64,000 bases of DNA from Antedon mediterranea (GCF_964355755.1 NC_092671.1:24254070-24318069); one strand, 5' to 3'. Positions 1 through 12,981 are shown, counted from the first letter of the stretch. The notes: a model not told the origin generated them from the letters alone. Program-made: numbers and translations.

Positions 1-320
1 TAGGCCTAGGCTACTTCAATTTCGGTGATTTCCTGCCTTGCAATTTTGAGAAATGATAAAATGATGCCTCGCATTTTTTGATGATGGTAAAACGATGCCT
101 CGCATAAATTTCTGACTTGCCTCGCATGCCTTCCCTGCCTCCCGTGCCTCGCACTTTGTTACTACCCTCTATTCCTGGCCCGAATTAGGCCTATTCTATA
201 GGCTAGGCTATCTTTGAAGATAGGGCCTAGGCCTCGTAGGCCTCTAGCTAGGAAGGAGGCCTAGGCCTAGGGCCTATCCCATATAGATAGGGCCTAGCCT
301 AGCCATAGGCTAGGCCTATT
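1..320. repeat. Cluster of palindromic TAGGCCTA/CCTAGG motifs flanking the putative promoter (also 985-1123, 2095-2135, 2935-2980)
   Basis: Many copies visible directly, e.g. (CCTAGG)n at about 985-1015. Confidence 0.8.
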
Positions 321-469
321 AATATTAATAATAATATTTATTAATTAATAAAACAGTCTTTGGCTACTAGTACTACACCATGGTCCATGCATAATCAATG
401 TTACCCCAAGGTAAGCCTATTCATTCATTTAACTTTAAATATATATCAACATATTTTTAGGTTACTTAC

Positions 470-620
470 GATTCCTTTACAAATATCTGCAAACTTGGTA
501 ACAGTTTCTGCTTATTATTAACCCCTTTTTTGTACGATCTCTTTCCCAACTTCGACTCTCCTGTGTGGTCTTGGTGTGGTCCGGTGGTGCACTCACTGTG
601 TGGACGATTTATTGCACTAC
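470..620 (-). other. Putative first exon of a divergently transcribed neighbouring gene
   Basis: Minus-strand GTAAGT donor (ACTTAC at 464-469) next to the promoter-like region; 5' end is a guess. Confidence 0.35.
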
Positions 621-639
621 TGATTCAGCGCTCCTCGAA

Positions 640-790
640 TTCGAAGCGATTGGACAATGCACTCTTGATTTTCAGAAGCCGGCCAATCAGATTACATGTT
701 TATAAAGTAGGAAGTACTACTAAAAAGTAAGTTAGTTGCTAGGCCTAGTGTTTTACCTATCCGAAGCGCGGCCGGAAAATGGGCGCGCCT
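640..790. promoter_or_regulatory. Probable bidirectional promoter
   Basis: Opposed CCAAT boxes (GATTGG 648-653, CCAAT 683-687); CpG-rich GCGCGGCCGGAAAATGGGCGCGCC at about 766-789 with ETS-like CCGGAA; outward-facing splice donors on both sides. Confidence 0.5.
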
Positions 791-937
791 CCTCTACACA
801 ACATCGTGTGGTACCTGCTTGCTGGGTGCATGGGGTAGAAAACAGAAACAACCATCATCAAAAAGCTTCTATCTCTACTAGACCTATGCCCTCCTAGCTA
901 GTCATTGGGGAGGAGAAGGAGTCAGTCTGTATTATAA
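790..937 (+). other. Putative non-coding exon 1 of the PLD gene
   Basis: GTAAGT donor at 938 just downstream of the promoter; the ATG-bearing exon at 17338 starts with an acceptor and so needs an upstream exon. Confidence 0.45.
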
Positions 938-1123
938 GTAAGTATCGTTACGTTATTCGTGGTTTTATTTTCATTGGATTGAAATCTAGGCCTAGGCCTA
1001 GGCCTAGGCCTAGGCTAGCTAGGCCCCTAACTAATACCTATTAGTAATAGGCCTATGTATAGGCCCAGGCCTAGGTAGCTTAGCTAGCCTACCTAGCCTA
1101 GAAGAGGCCTAGGCTAGTTAGGC

Positions 1124-2094
1124 TGGTGTCAGATGAAATCGGTCGCGCTTGAAATTGGTCGCAATAAAAATAAAATCAATATTCCAGTATTTTGTATGGA
1201 ACGCCGCTAGATACGCTTTTTATCATTAGTTTACGTTATGATATCGGTTGCGTTTTATTTTGGTCGCGCTTTATTTTGGTCACGCTTATTTGTATGGTTC
1301 CAGGACGATTCGGCCCTGAGACGATTCGGCCCGGGACTATTCGGCCCACTTTTGGTGGGACGAAACGTCTCACTTTAGACCAAATTCATATTAATTTTTG
1401 TTGGTATTTATCAAGTTTTTAAAGGTGTTCAACAATCCGTATTTTATTGATATTGACAATGACAATGTTGATATAATAATAATATATATAATAAATTACT
1501 AAAAAAACAGAATTTTATATTCAATTTATTACTTCGAAAACCTTGTTTATTTCGTGCATTCGCCAAGCAACCAACAGAGGACGTAACTTGTTTACATCGT
1601 TCGCGTGACTAAAAAATGATCATTTTCGACAATGTTTTCAAAATGTTTGCTTTATTGCATCTTTATTCCTAGTAGTACTACCCTATCGTCTCTCTGAAAA
1701 TAAAGTTTGGGGAAAAAAGCTTATTTTATGCTTATAAAATGCATATCAAAGCCGATAAATTTAAGTGTGCCGAATCGTCTCAGGGCCGAATCGTCCCGGG
1801 CCGAAAAATAAAAAAAAATTAACGATTGATAATAATATTTATTAACCAAATAAAAAATATCCACATAAATAAATTATTAAATAATAATAAGAAATCTAGT
1901 TCCTAAAAAATATAGAATAAATCTATACGAAGAAAATATATATCCTGCTACATCTCACTCCGATTTCAATCTCGACCGATATCATCAAAAGTATAGCTGT
2001 AGCTGTGCGCCATACAAAATACCTGAAGTTAATTTTATCGCGACCGATTTCAAATGCGACCTATTTCAGACGCGACTGTTTTCATCGTAAACCG
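1124..2094. mobile_element. Non-autonomous TIR element (MITE) with a second MITE nested at about 1295-1805
   Basis: Imperfect TIRs TGGTGTCAGATGAAA.../...TTTCATCGTAAACCG, subterminal GGTCGCG repeats, 6-bp TSD TTAGGC (1118-1123, 2095-2100); nested element has inverted GACGATTCGGCCC repeats. Confidence 0.75.
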
Positions 2095-2141
2095 TTAGGC
2101 CCAGTCTAGGCCTAGTTAGCCTACTAGCCTAGGCCCTCAGG

Positions 2142-2927
2142 GCCGGGGGGGGGGGGTCACTCTTAAATATTTCCATACGGGGAGGTGCCGCATTTACGGG
2201 TATATTTTCGAGGGCCTGGTGAGCACAAGTGTGGGAAAATATGAAGAGTTGGTAGCACAAGTGTGGGAAATGACAGGGTGAAATTAGTAGTTTAAGTCCC
2301 TAGCCCGCCCACCCGTGTCAAAATGTCACGATTTATCGCCAAATTTTGCAGGTATTGAAGCATACTGGATGCTATAAGCCCATCGCTAAATACCTTTGAA
2401 TAGGCCTAGAGTTTTCGCAGTTTTTTTTTTTTTTTTTTATTTTTTTTTATTTTTAGCCACTTAACTTTTTGTGTGTGTTTTGTAAATTGTATTTCATATT
2501 TATATTTTTGTATTTTGCCAGTTTTCAAATCACATTTCTGTTTTTTTTAAATGGACAATAAAGTATATATGACTATGACTATGACTATGAAACATCCAGC
2601 CTAGGACAAAATCATTCAACTGTGACCACTCTTGATCATTGTCGTCATGCACCCCGCGGATGCGCGATAAACTTTCAAAACACGTTCGTGATTTTTTCAT
2701 GAACGGTCTCTTTGGCCATGCGCAGATCATGCTGGGAACCAGTACAAATTTTGCGCCCTCTCTGGCGTGGCCTTGTTTCTGCCGTCTTTTTAGAGAACAC
2801 TGGATTTTGGTAAATGGTAGTTCAAGTCCGTAGTATTTTTCAGTAAAACAGGTAGCGCAAGTGCCTCGTGTCTTGAAGTGGCTGCTGCACCCCCCCGTTT
2901 GGTTTATATACAAGTGACCCCCCCGGG
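2142..2927. mobile_element. MITE with poly-G/poly-C TIRs
   Basis: GCCG(G)nTCACT...AGTGA(C)nGGG termini; 8-bp TSD CCCTCAGG (2134-2141, 2928-2935). Confidence 0.85.
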
Positions 2928-3178
2928 CCCTCAGGCCAGGCTAGCCCTAGCCTAGGGCCTAGTACTAGGCTAGCTAGCTAGAATTATTACTCTATGGATT
3001 GACAATCGTACGTTTGATCATCATAAACAGTAACGAAGCGTGTTCATCTGTGTATATTGTGTATTGTATACATTTCAAAATAAGTGACACTTTTGTTTAC
3101 TCTACTCAGTCAACTGCTCTCACAGCATTTATTTGGTCAAATGTATTCTTTGGTTGATATTTTTTTATCCTTTTTTAA

Positions 3179-3702
3179 AGATGTATTGTCCCTTGAGACA
3201 CAAAAAATGAAAAAAAAAAAATTTTCTAAATTTAAATTGGCCATATCAAAGTAATATTAAAGTTATTCACTTTAAGTCAAAAATTCGAGGCAAAAACAAC
3301 AAATTTACGTAATTAACAGGTAAATTAATTTGATTACATTTCTTCTTCTTTCAAACCACGAGTATACATTATGCATGATGCTAATTAGGATTGTTTAGAA
3401 CTCATCGCGGTTCAGACAGAAGGTTTTTTCACACAGATCGCGAGGAAGGTTTATGATTATGCATACAGAGTAGCCAAACAAGCGCGTTGCATTATGAGAT
3501 ATGTTTTGATCGAAAACTTTGACTGGAAGTCAAAGTTATTTTTTGAACAAAAAAACGTCCATATTTTGGTTCAATTATTTTTTTTCCAACTCATTTTTGG
3601 TGAAAGTTAATAACTATTATGATACTTCAAAATGACGCACTTTTTTTTTGAAATATTAAAAAAAAATTTTTTTTTTTAATTAGTCAAAGGGACAATAAAT
3701 CT
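3179..3702. mobile_element. Kolobok-like non-autonomous element
   Basis: TTAA|AGATGTATTGTCCCTT...AAGGGACAATAAATCT|GTAA; a related left end occurs at about 40988. Confidence 0.65.
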
Positions 3703-4890
3703 GTAATGAAACCATAGAATTGTCTATGGTCATTCCATTCCAGTAATCCGACAACACCCTTCTGTCAGTGATGGTATTTTGTTTAATAATTATTCTTCTA
3801 AAATTTGTTATGCTTTTGTACCTCCATGATTAAACATTGCAGTTTGATCCGTCTATATTTTCAAATAACCACGCAAAACAATCTTAATCTTAGACTTATT
3901 ATTCGTATGTATTTTTATCCTAGTTTATCGAGTCGAGGAGATCGATCAAGTCGAGGAGATCGATCGAGTCGAGCGCGAGGAAGATCGGCGGAGGACCGAG
4001 AATCGTTAGAGAGTAAAAAAGCCGAAAGGTCGCGCATGCGCAAATTGATTGACTCCCTAGAAAGTAAAATATACCCACTTGGCTAAAGTGGGTAGTGTTT
4101 TTAATTACGTTAATTACGCAAAAATGAATTGGTCAAGCCCTTAAAAACACATCGGGAATGAAAAATTTGGCTTCCGAAGAATCTGAAAACATATGTATAA
4201 TATTTCTCGAACTTACATATTAGACTAGGCTATGAATGAGGTTGGTGCCACCCGGAGAGGTAGAAATTCTCATGTGACTTTTCTAGACCAGTTTTTTCTG
4301 GGGAATCCAAATATATTGGGTAAACGGGCTGTAACCTGAGAACTTTCGCGTGAGGGCGCTTTTTTCAAAATGGCTGCCAGTTACAGTAGACTATGATATC
4401 TTGGCAACCACTGGTCATAGAGAGGTGATTTTGGTGTCAAATTGTTCGGAATGTACATGTTCCTATTTGATGTAATAGAACATTTTGTCAGAAAATGGCC
4501 GGAAATACCTCTATTGACCTTTGACCTGATATCTAACAGATATCATATCTCCGTAACTACTCGACACAGAAAGTTGTAATTGGTGTCAAACTCTCCAGAA
4601 TATAGATGTTTATATTCAGACTAATAGAACATTATCTGTAAAAATGACCGGAAATAACGTTACTGACCTTTGACCCAAAATGCAAGACATTTCTCCCATC
4701 TGATCACGTTAATCTTGTCAATTAATTCATTTTGTGCCAATTGGAGGTTGACATTCTCATATTATTTTCTGGACCAGTTTTTCATGTGCAATCCGAATAT
4801 ATGAGATAAATAAGCCATAACAAGGCCAAGAATTTAATTCTTTTACTACATACATGCTTCCCTTTAGTGTTTCAAACTGTATGTCGTGTA

Positions 4891-7160
4891 TTAACTTCAA
4901 GATCGCTCACATCACTGCAATCTGAAAAGTCTTCATATTCATTATGTGTAAACAGTTCCTGGACATCAGTGGGAATCACTGTCTCAATCCATTTAGGCTC
5001 CATTTGTTCGTTCCATCCATTGTGTGTACTGTTGTTGACAAAATCATTAACGTCTGCTGATTGCCATTCTTTAGTAATGAAGTGTGCTCTAAGTATATGA
5101 AACTCAAGGGTCTGCTGACATAGTGGCAGTAATTATATATCTGTAATCTTGTTGTGTCTGGAAAACTTTCTGTTGAAGATATCATATCTTGCTTGATTTA
5201 CACTTTTCCCCTTCACTCCATACAATAGTGAAACATACTCTTCAAATTCCTCATACAACTCTTTTGATGGAACATCTGACACTCCAAGGTTGCAGAATGT
5301 GTCAACAAATTTTGCTTTTGATTCCAGAAGCTTCCAGCAGGTACGTTTTCCTTTCCGAAAGAAAGCGGAGTTATAATCGTTACCTGTGAAAGCATGGAAT
5401 CCAATAAGGGATGATTTCTGCGCTTTTGTTAAATCAATGTCACTCAATTTCAGTACCTTTCAGTATTTCCCAGTGTTTGTATCAATAATTACCCTCTGCC
5501 CAATATCTATGAAATGAGATAGTGCAATGACTGGAATATCAATGTCTCCAGAATGGGAACGAATTATTGCTACGCCTTGATTGTTATTTGTTAAAGCATG
5601 CTTTGCATGCAGGATGACATTCGTGTATGCTTCTTCTTCCGGCTACTATTAAGCTCCGGAACCAATACAACATCTCAGTTAGTAACGTAGATGTATTCTT
5701 TGTACGATGAAAAGTAGATAACATCACTCCTCATATCTGTTAGAATGCTTTCTTTCTTTGACACTAGTACACAGCGAATAAGCTCAATCAATTTGGTCTT
5801 GTTCTCGCCGTTGACAAGGAAATTGTTGAAATCACGGGCCAACTTTGATATTATTGAGCTTACAATTACTTTTGGTGCAATACCGCGTATGTTTCTCTCA
5901 ACAGACTTAATGTTTTTTGGCAGGTATGCATCGGTAACAATATCAACACGCTTGTATCCTTTAGGGATGCTGTTGAAAACCTTTGCTACAAGATCCTCGT
6001 ACGTATCAGGGTAAGATGTAAATGTTCTGATTAATACCATTAAGTCAACAACATAGGCAATGACAATAGCTTTGCTGGCAGTGCCCGACCAGGATCTATA
6101 ACATCTGTTGAACTTTTGATGAGAATTTCCATTAGGACACTTTTCTGAGTTGTTCGTCTTGTCCCATCTGCATTAGCAAGGCTTAGCGGACAGGGGTAAA
6201 TGGATACTCAAAGGCTTTCTTAAAGTCAATTATTCTACCATGCTTTGTTGAGGTGGCAAGAAGCTTTCCTAAAACATCCCGATTAGCTTATATTACCGTA
6301 TATTTCGGTGTATAAGTCGCACTTTTGACACGCAAATTTGACCTCTAAATTAAGGGTGCGTCTTATACACCGAACATAAATGCCTCACCACACAGATTGT
6401 ACATAGGCCTAGGCTATCGTCACCTCGTTTGCTACTAACTAACGTAACGGCAACCTGCTTCTGCCTAGGCCTAGTTTTCAAGTCATTTTAGCATGATGTT
6501 ATACTAAATATGATGAAAAGATTTGTTCATTATGGCGCTCCGATAAAATTTCATTTGTAAACGTTTACGTCGTACGATTGGAATAGTATTTATTTATACA
6601 GTAGTTATACGCACGATCGCCGTACCCCAAGCGCAAGCCCTTCTTTTGGTGGCACATGGTGTACGGTATTCGACTAGTATATTCTCCAGGTGATTATAGC
6701 ATGGACCTAGCGTACACACTTCTCGGATACATAGATACTAATCGAATACGATTGTCCATGAATACGTGCGCCCTCTCGAAATGATCGAGCGAGGCTAGCC
6801 CACACACGTGCGTGTTACACACACGGTCATGCACTCGATGTTGCGGCGAAACTCATGAATAACAAGTTAGAAAGAACTTGTTGAGGCTGGGCGCGGTCGA
6901 GCCTAGGTAAGAAAAAACCTAAATAAAGGACGCCGTTGTAGATATAACAAAATATATTATTACAATAATATTGATTACAATTTAAAAAAACATTGTTTTG
7001 ATGAAATATAAGGTGCGTCTTATACATCGACGATATAAAAAATACCGATATTTTACTCTCAGTTGGGGGTGCGTCTTATACACAGGTGCGACTTATACAC
7101 CGAAATATACGGTACTCTTACTTTCCCATTTGCCTTGATTTCGAGTTTCTAACCACTATT
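4891..7160 (-). pseudogene. Disrupted AcademX protein, C-terminal part with XPG/PIN-like nuclease domain (left arm plus spacer)
   Basis: Motifs YPFTPVPLSLANADG, AYVVDLMVLIR, RVDIVTDAY..NIKSVER, EEAYT..LHAKHA, SGDIDI, FHAFTGNDYNSAF.RKGK; internal stops, frameshifts and a MITE insertion at 6296-7112. Confidence 0.8.
6296..7112. mobile_element. Tc1/mariner-pogo (Tigger-like) MITE, copy 1
   Basis: TIR CCGTATATTTCGGTGTATAAGTCGCAC, TA TSD; near-identical inverted copy at 49014-49826. Confidence 0.92.
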
Positions 7161-7214
7161 CGAAAATAAAGTGAGATGATGTTATGGATCCTGGTCGAGC
7201 ACTGCGAGAAACAG

Positions 7215-8212
7215 ACGCGGTATTGCACCAAAAGTAATTGTAAGCTCAAAAATATCAAAATTGCCCCGTGATTTTAACAATTTCCTTGCCAACGGCAAAA
7301 ACAAGACCAGATTGATTGAGCTTATTCGCTGTGTACTAGTGTCAAAGAAAGAAAGCATTCTAACAGATATGAGGAGTGATGTTATCTACTTTTCATCGTA
7401 CAAAGAATGCATCTACGTTACTAACTGAGATGTTGTATTGGTTCCGGAGCTTAATAGTAGCCAAGAAGAAGCCGACACGAAAGTCATCCTGCATGCAAAG
7501 CATGCTTTAACAAATAACAATCAAGGCGTAGTAATAATTCGTTCCCATTCTGGAGACTTTGACATTCCAGTCATTTCACTATCTCATTTCATAGGGTGAT
7601 GGGCAGAGGGTAATTATTGATACAAACACTGGGAAATACCAAAATGTACTGAAATTGAGTGACATTGATTTAACAAAAGCGCAGAAATCATCCCTTATTG
7701 GATTCCATGCTTTCACATGTAACGAGTATAACTCCGCTTTCGTTCGGAAAGGAAAACGTACCTGCTGGAAGCTTCTGGAATCCAAAGCAAAATGTGCTGA
7801 GACATTCTGCAACCTTGGAGTGTCAGATGTTCCATCAAAAGAGTTGTATGAGGAACTTGAAGAGTATGTTTCACCATTGTATGGAGTGAAGGGGAAAAGT
7901 GTAAATCAAGCAAGATATGATATCTTCAACAGAAAGTTTTCCAGACACATCAAGATTACAGATATATCATTACTGCCACTATGTCAGCAGACCCTTGAGT
8001 TTCATATACTTAGAGCAAACTTCATTACTAAAGAATGGCAATCAGCAGACGTCAATGATTTTGTCAACAACAGTACACACAATGGATGGAACGAACAAAT
8101 GGAGCCTAAATGGATTGAGACAGTGATGCCCACTGATGTCCAGGAACTGTTTACACATAATGAATATGAAGACTTTTCAGATTGCAGTGATGTGAGCGAT
8201 CTTGAAGATTAA
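7215..8212 (+). pseudogene. Disrupted AcademX XPG-like nuclease coding region (right arm)
   Basis: SQEEADTKVILHAKHA, FHAFTCNEYNSAF, FHILRANF...W, acidic tail; ORF 7655-8212 is its open 3' part. Confidence 0.8.
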
Positions 8213-9147
8213 TACACGACATACAGACTGAAACACTAAAGGGAAGCATGTATGTAGTAAAAGAATTAAATTCTTGGCCTTGTTATGGCTTATTTATCTC
8301 ATATTACTCGGATTGCACATGAAAAACTGGTCAAGAAAATAATATGAGAATGTCAACCTCCAATTGGCACAAAATGAATTAATTGACAGGATTAACGTGA
8401 TCAGATAGGAGAAATGTCTTGCATTTTGGGTCAAAGGTCAGTAACGTTATTTCCGGTCATTTTTACAGATAATGTTCTATTAGTTTGAATATAAACATCT
8501 ATATTCTGGAGAGTTTGACACCAATTACAACTTTCTGTGTCCAGTAGTTACGGAGATATGATATCTGTTAGATATTGGGTCAAAGGTCAATAGAGGTATT
8601 TCCGGCCATTTTCTGACAAAATTTTCTATTACATCAAATAGGAACATGTACATTCCAAACAATTTGACACCAAAATCAACTCTCTATGACCAGTGGTTGC
8701 CAAGATATCATAGTCTACTGTAACTGGCAGCCATTTTGAAAAAAGCGCCCTCACGCGAAAGTTCTCAGGTTACAGCCCGTTTACCCAATATATTTGGATT
8801 CCCCAGAAAAAACTGGTCTAGAAAAGTTATATGAGAATTTCTACCTCTCCGGGTGGCACCTACCTCATTCATAGCCTAGTCTATATGTTTTAAAGATTTT
8901 TTGAAAACGCATCGTTTTTTTCAATTTACAGGCAAATGAATAGGAAAAAAGGTTGAGGTAATTGCAAACATTGACTTAGTAGTAATCCAATGTGCATCAT
9001 GCATCCATAAGTATTGAATCAACTCAATATAAATAATGTATAAATACTGTAGGCTTAACATTAACATTAACTCATAAAATACTGCTAATGTATCACAATT
9101 GTTTGGGTCCAGCCCTAAATATGACATGAATTTGTTGGTTTTTTTTT

Positions 9148-9462
9148 TACATTTGTGGGCGAAAATTTATCATTTTTTTACATTTGTGGGCATTATCACA
9201 TTTGTGGTCGATGATCATTTTCACATTTGTGGGCGCTCTTTATTACATTTGTGGGTGATGTGTTTTTACATTTGTGGTTGATGTGTTTTTACATTTTTGG
9301 TTGATGTGTTTTTACATTTGTGGTTGTTTCCATATTTGTGGGTGATGCATTTTCACATTTGTGGTTGTTTTCCCATTTGTGGGTGATGCGTTTTTACATT
9401 TGTGGTAGTTTTCACATTTGTGGGTTCAAATGTGATTTGTGGGTTCAAATGTGATTTGTGGG
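9148..9462. repeat. Degenerate tandem array with ACATTTGTGG core (about 19-24 bp period), probably MITE-derived
   Basis: More than a dozen (C)ACATTTGTGG cores visible. Confidence 0.8.
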
Positions 9463-12400
9463 TTTAACAGCCCAAATGATTTAAAACCCTATGTATGTTA
9501 AAAAAGTAATTTGTTGCAAAATTTTAAACAAACAATTTCTGAAACCTCCAAGCTCAATTTCTATATTTTTAACAAACTTCAAGAAAATGACACAAAACCT
9601 GTGATTGACACTTCATGGTATGTAAGTTGATTAGTATACAGCTGTTGATTCCTATTACAGTATTCCAAGATATCAATTGATCATAAGAATTTGATTATCA
9701 TTATGATTACTGTAATAACAAAGTTTCTTTAAATGTAGGACTATTTGTAAATAAATGCCATTATTAAATTTGATGTTTATTATTACCGGTATGTACATAC
9801 TAACTAGTTTATACTTAATTTGGATAAAAGGAGAGGATGTATCAAACAAGATAGCACATACAACTTTGATTTTACAGTGTTGTATTGGTGTATGTAGTAT
9901 TGCTTCCATGTTTTGAAGGAAGTCCGTTTTAATAGGAAAGACAGTTTCCTTTTACAGTAGCATTTTTCTGTTTATCAATTCAGTTTTTTAAAGGCCCTGA
10001 CTCTTTAGCAGCAGCAGTATTAATTAAAGTAGTAATACGGGTAAGTAAAGTTAACTGATAATGCTGCTGATAATAATATAATACTATGACTATATTTCAA
10101 TTTGCTTTATTATAAACCTCCAGAAATACTTGAATAAAAAATAAGGATTTCAGTGGCTCAATGGCTAAACCCATTAGTTGTAGCCCCAATGCAACTACCC
10201 AGCATTGGAGGTCCCTCGTCGGGGAGCCTAGCCCCCACGTCGGGGAACGCGAGTACTTTTCGTTGGGGAATATAATATAAAGTAAAAATCATTCGCGTTC
10301 ACTTCGTAGCTTCAGCGACTAGAAAACCGCGAAGTTCCATTTTTGTTAAGTACGTCGGAGGGCTAATTACACTTTATTATGCATGCATTATTGCCAGCGA
10401 TCTAATAAACAATAGGTATGCACTTGTCTGGCGGTGTCCCTTTGTACGAATCGTTTAACATTGGGCCCGGCCCATTGCGGTTTACGCGGGATATCATGTT
10501 CCACCCAGCGACCAGAATGTGTACTGTAGTTACTTTCCAGGCGCAGTTTACTGACGCGTTACGTCGTGTACTGTGTATCGACAGCAAAATGGTACGAATT
10601 ATCTTTGCGATCTATTTTATTGTTCGTATGTTCAATTTTTTAATTTACGATTACCGTGGGGTGCCTGAACCTGAAATAGACGTTTTTCACTGTAGGCTCG
10701 GCCTACATTACTAAACAAAGAACATGCCGTTTTCGTTTAGCCAACATCTTATTATAGCTATAAGTTATTACATTTCCAATGTCCTGTATGTTATGAACTG
10801 CTCGTACATCGAAATTCCAGATTCACATCTGGGAAATAAACTGATTTCCCCGACGGAAAATGGTCTACACTTGTGGACGTATTCCCCTCCAAATAAAAGG
10901 TAAAATAGTCCAGGGGCTTATGTCATTTTGTAGGCTTTTGATGTTAATTGTCGGCACCAACGTTTTTCTGACTCAGAATTTTCCGCTGAAAAAGAAAAAC
11001 TTTGGTGCCATTTTTTTCGACCATGGCAAGTGGTCGCCATTTTGATTTTCAAGATGATGAACTAACTTTAACAAAACTGATCGTGTGTGGTATCATTGGA
11101 AAGGGTGTTAAATACTGATCATTTATTTCCATTACACCCATACCCCAAATGCATAGCAACAGAGATAATCGCAATTACATATGTCATGTGACCAAAATGA
11201 GGTCAAAGGTCAAATTTCGACAACTTATAAATACCATTGTGTTTGGTATCAACGGAAAGCTTTTTTTATACTCTAGTACAGCTGTACATATAGTTTTACA
11301 TTCATCACACCATTTTCTAGAAAGTTTGAATTTTGTCTATAAGTAATATAGCTATACACCTTATTTTAAAGTGAGTTTATTACTGTAATGTGTTAAAGCC
11401 CTACGACCTAAGTTTTTTCCACCTAACTTAAGGTCACAAACTACATTTTATGTAAAAATAAATACTATATGATCCTATTTCGATAACTTTTTTCCTCTTT
11501 AAACTGTTCAAAATGTGAAAAATAAGTTGATTCTAATAATTTAATCGGCCCGCTAAATCCCACAAGACATTGATATTTTCGTGTTGATATGGATGCACGG
11601 CCAGTTTCGGTCGGCGATCATGAAAACAAATAAGAGAACCATAACTTTTCTGCAAAAATACCAGGTCTTCCCCAATTTGTATTAACGGATTCTGCCAAAA
11701 AAGGAAAGAAAATTATTCCAGTAATGAGACAACGTCATGCTAAGCATATAGCAAGCGTACGATGTTCGTACGTTACCAATATCTTTTAATCATAATTAAC
11801 CTTAGAACGTACATTTAAGACAAGAAATGACCTGGTTTAATGTTTTTAAAATTATATATATATACATTATTTTTACAAAACGACAACAATTGCAGGTCTT
11901 GGGGATTTAACAAAAATTGAATACGTTTATATTTGTTTCGTAAACATACAAAATGACTATCAGATGTATTGTATTTAATGAAGCCTACAGTATGTCACCA
12001 TGTATAGTCAGGGCCGGGCGGACACAGGGTGTTGCAACACCCTTAATTTCATACTAAATGGGTTTTTTTGGCCAATAAATTAAAATTTAGATCCCATTTC
12101 ATCATATATAAGAGCCTATATGTAAATTGACATACCGCAGCGTACAATTAACCAGCAGTCAACAATACCGCGCACAGATATATATGTAGATAATTATGTT
12201 TGTTACAGTAACATGCTCAGAATGAATTTCTGCCTGTTTAGAATGCTTGTGCGAAGGTATATCTTCATTGCCCATGCCCGTAATATTGGACCAAAATTCC
12301 GTAATAATTATGGACGTTCCGAACTTTGAAATAACAGTGTTAAAATTGCTTCTTTCTGCAAATTTCAATATTTCCTTTTCTGGAGTGTGGTTTAAGTGAC

Positions 12401-12981
12401 ACTGTTGTACAGTTTATAGTAGATAAATGAAATTTATTTTTGGAAATTGTGGTTTTACTTTTACTTATTTAGCATTTATTTAAAAATATTTTTTATCTAA
12501 CTTGTTTATAAATCCTATAGTCGTGTAGTGTGTGTTACCGGCGGAAAAAATATATGGTATACGATCAGTGTTGCTGTTTGCTACTGTAGCCCGATATCGA
12601 GTGTCATTTCCGGCGGTGAACTAGAGGTGCCATTTATCATGAATTTTACGTGCGAGAGTACCATTTCCGGCCATCTAGGGGTGTCATTTAACCATGGGGG
12701 CCTGTGGCGCAAATGCTCAGTACCGACAGCCATGGATTCTTTGGCAACCCCATTTAAATGGTCCTGCGACCGCCCCTGATAGTACTTCAGAACTACCAGT
12801 GGATATATCAAATATACCAAGATAATAACATTTCCATATCTGACGTGACCATGTCCAAACTGACATTCATTATTGTGTATTGGGTACACTTAGCTAACCT
12901 GATCAAAGTTCAACATCGCTTTCCTCTGAATCAGAGGTGGTAGATGGGTCAGTGTTTTCACATATTAATTTTTGTTTTATC

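Larger units (their letters stand above)
4221..8883. mobile_element. Palindromic (fold-back) AcademX-type DNA transposon derivative
   Basis: Termini TAGACTAGGCTATGAATGAGG...CCTCATTCATAGCCTAGTCTA; 3-bp TSD TAT; arms about 4221-6106 and 7178-8883 are near-identical reverse complements; both carry XPG/FEN1-like nuclease coding sequence. Confidence 0.9.

Noticed and set aside
7655-8212. Novel stand-alone host nuclease gene or a new transposon class
   Set aside because: XPG-like domain, TAG ends and 3-bp TSD fit the described AcademX lineage; upstream frame is broken and the GxD motif is mutated
10402-11346. Short ORFs in a CpG-richer patch
   Set aside because: No recognisable motifs or splice phase fit; looks like unclassified repeat sequence
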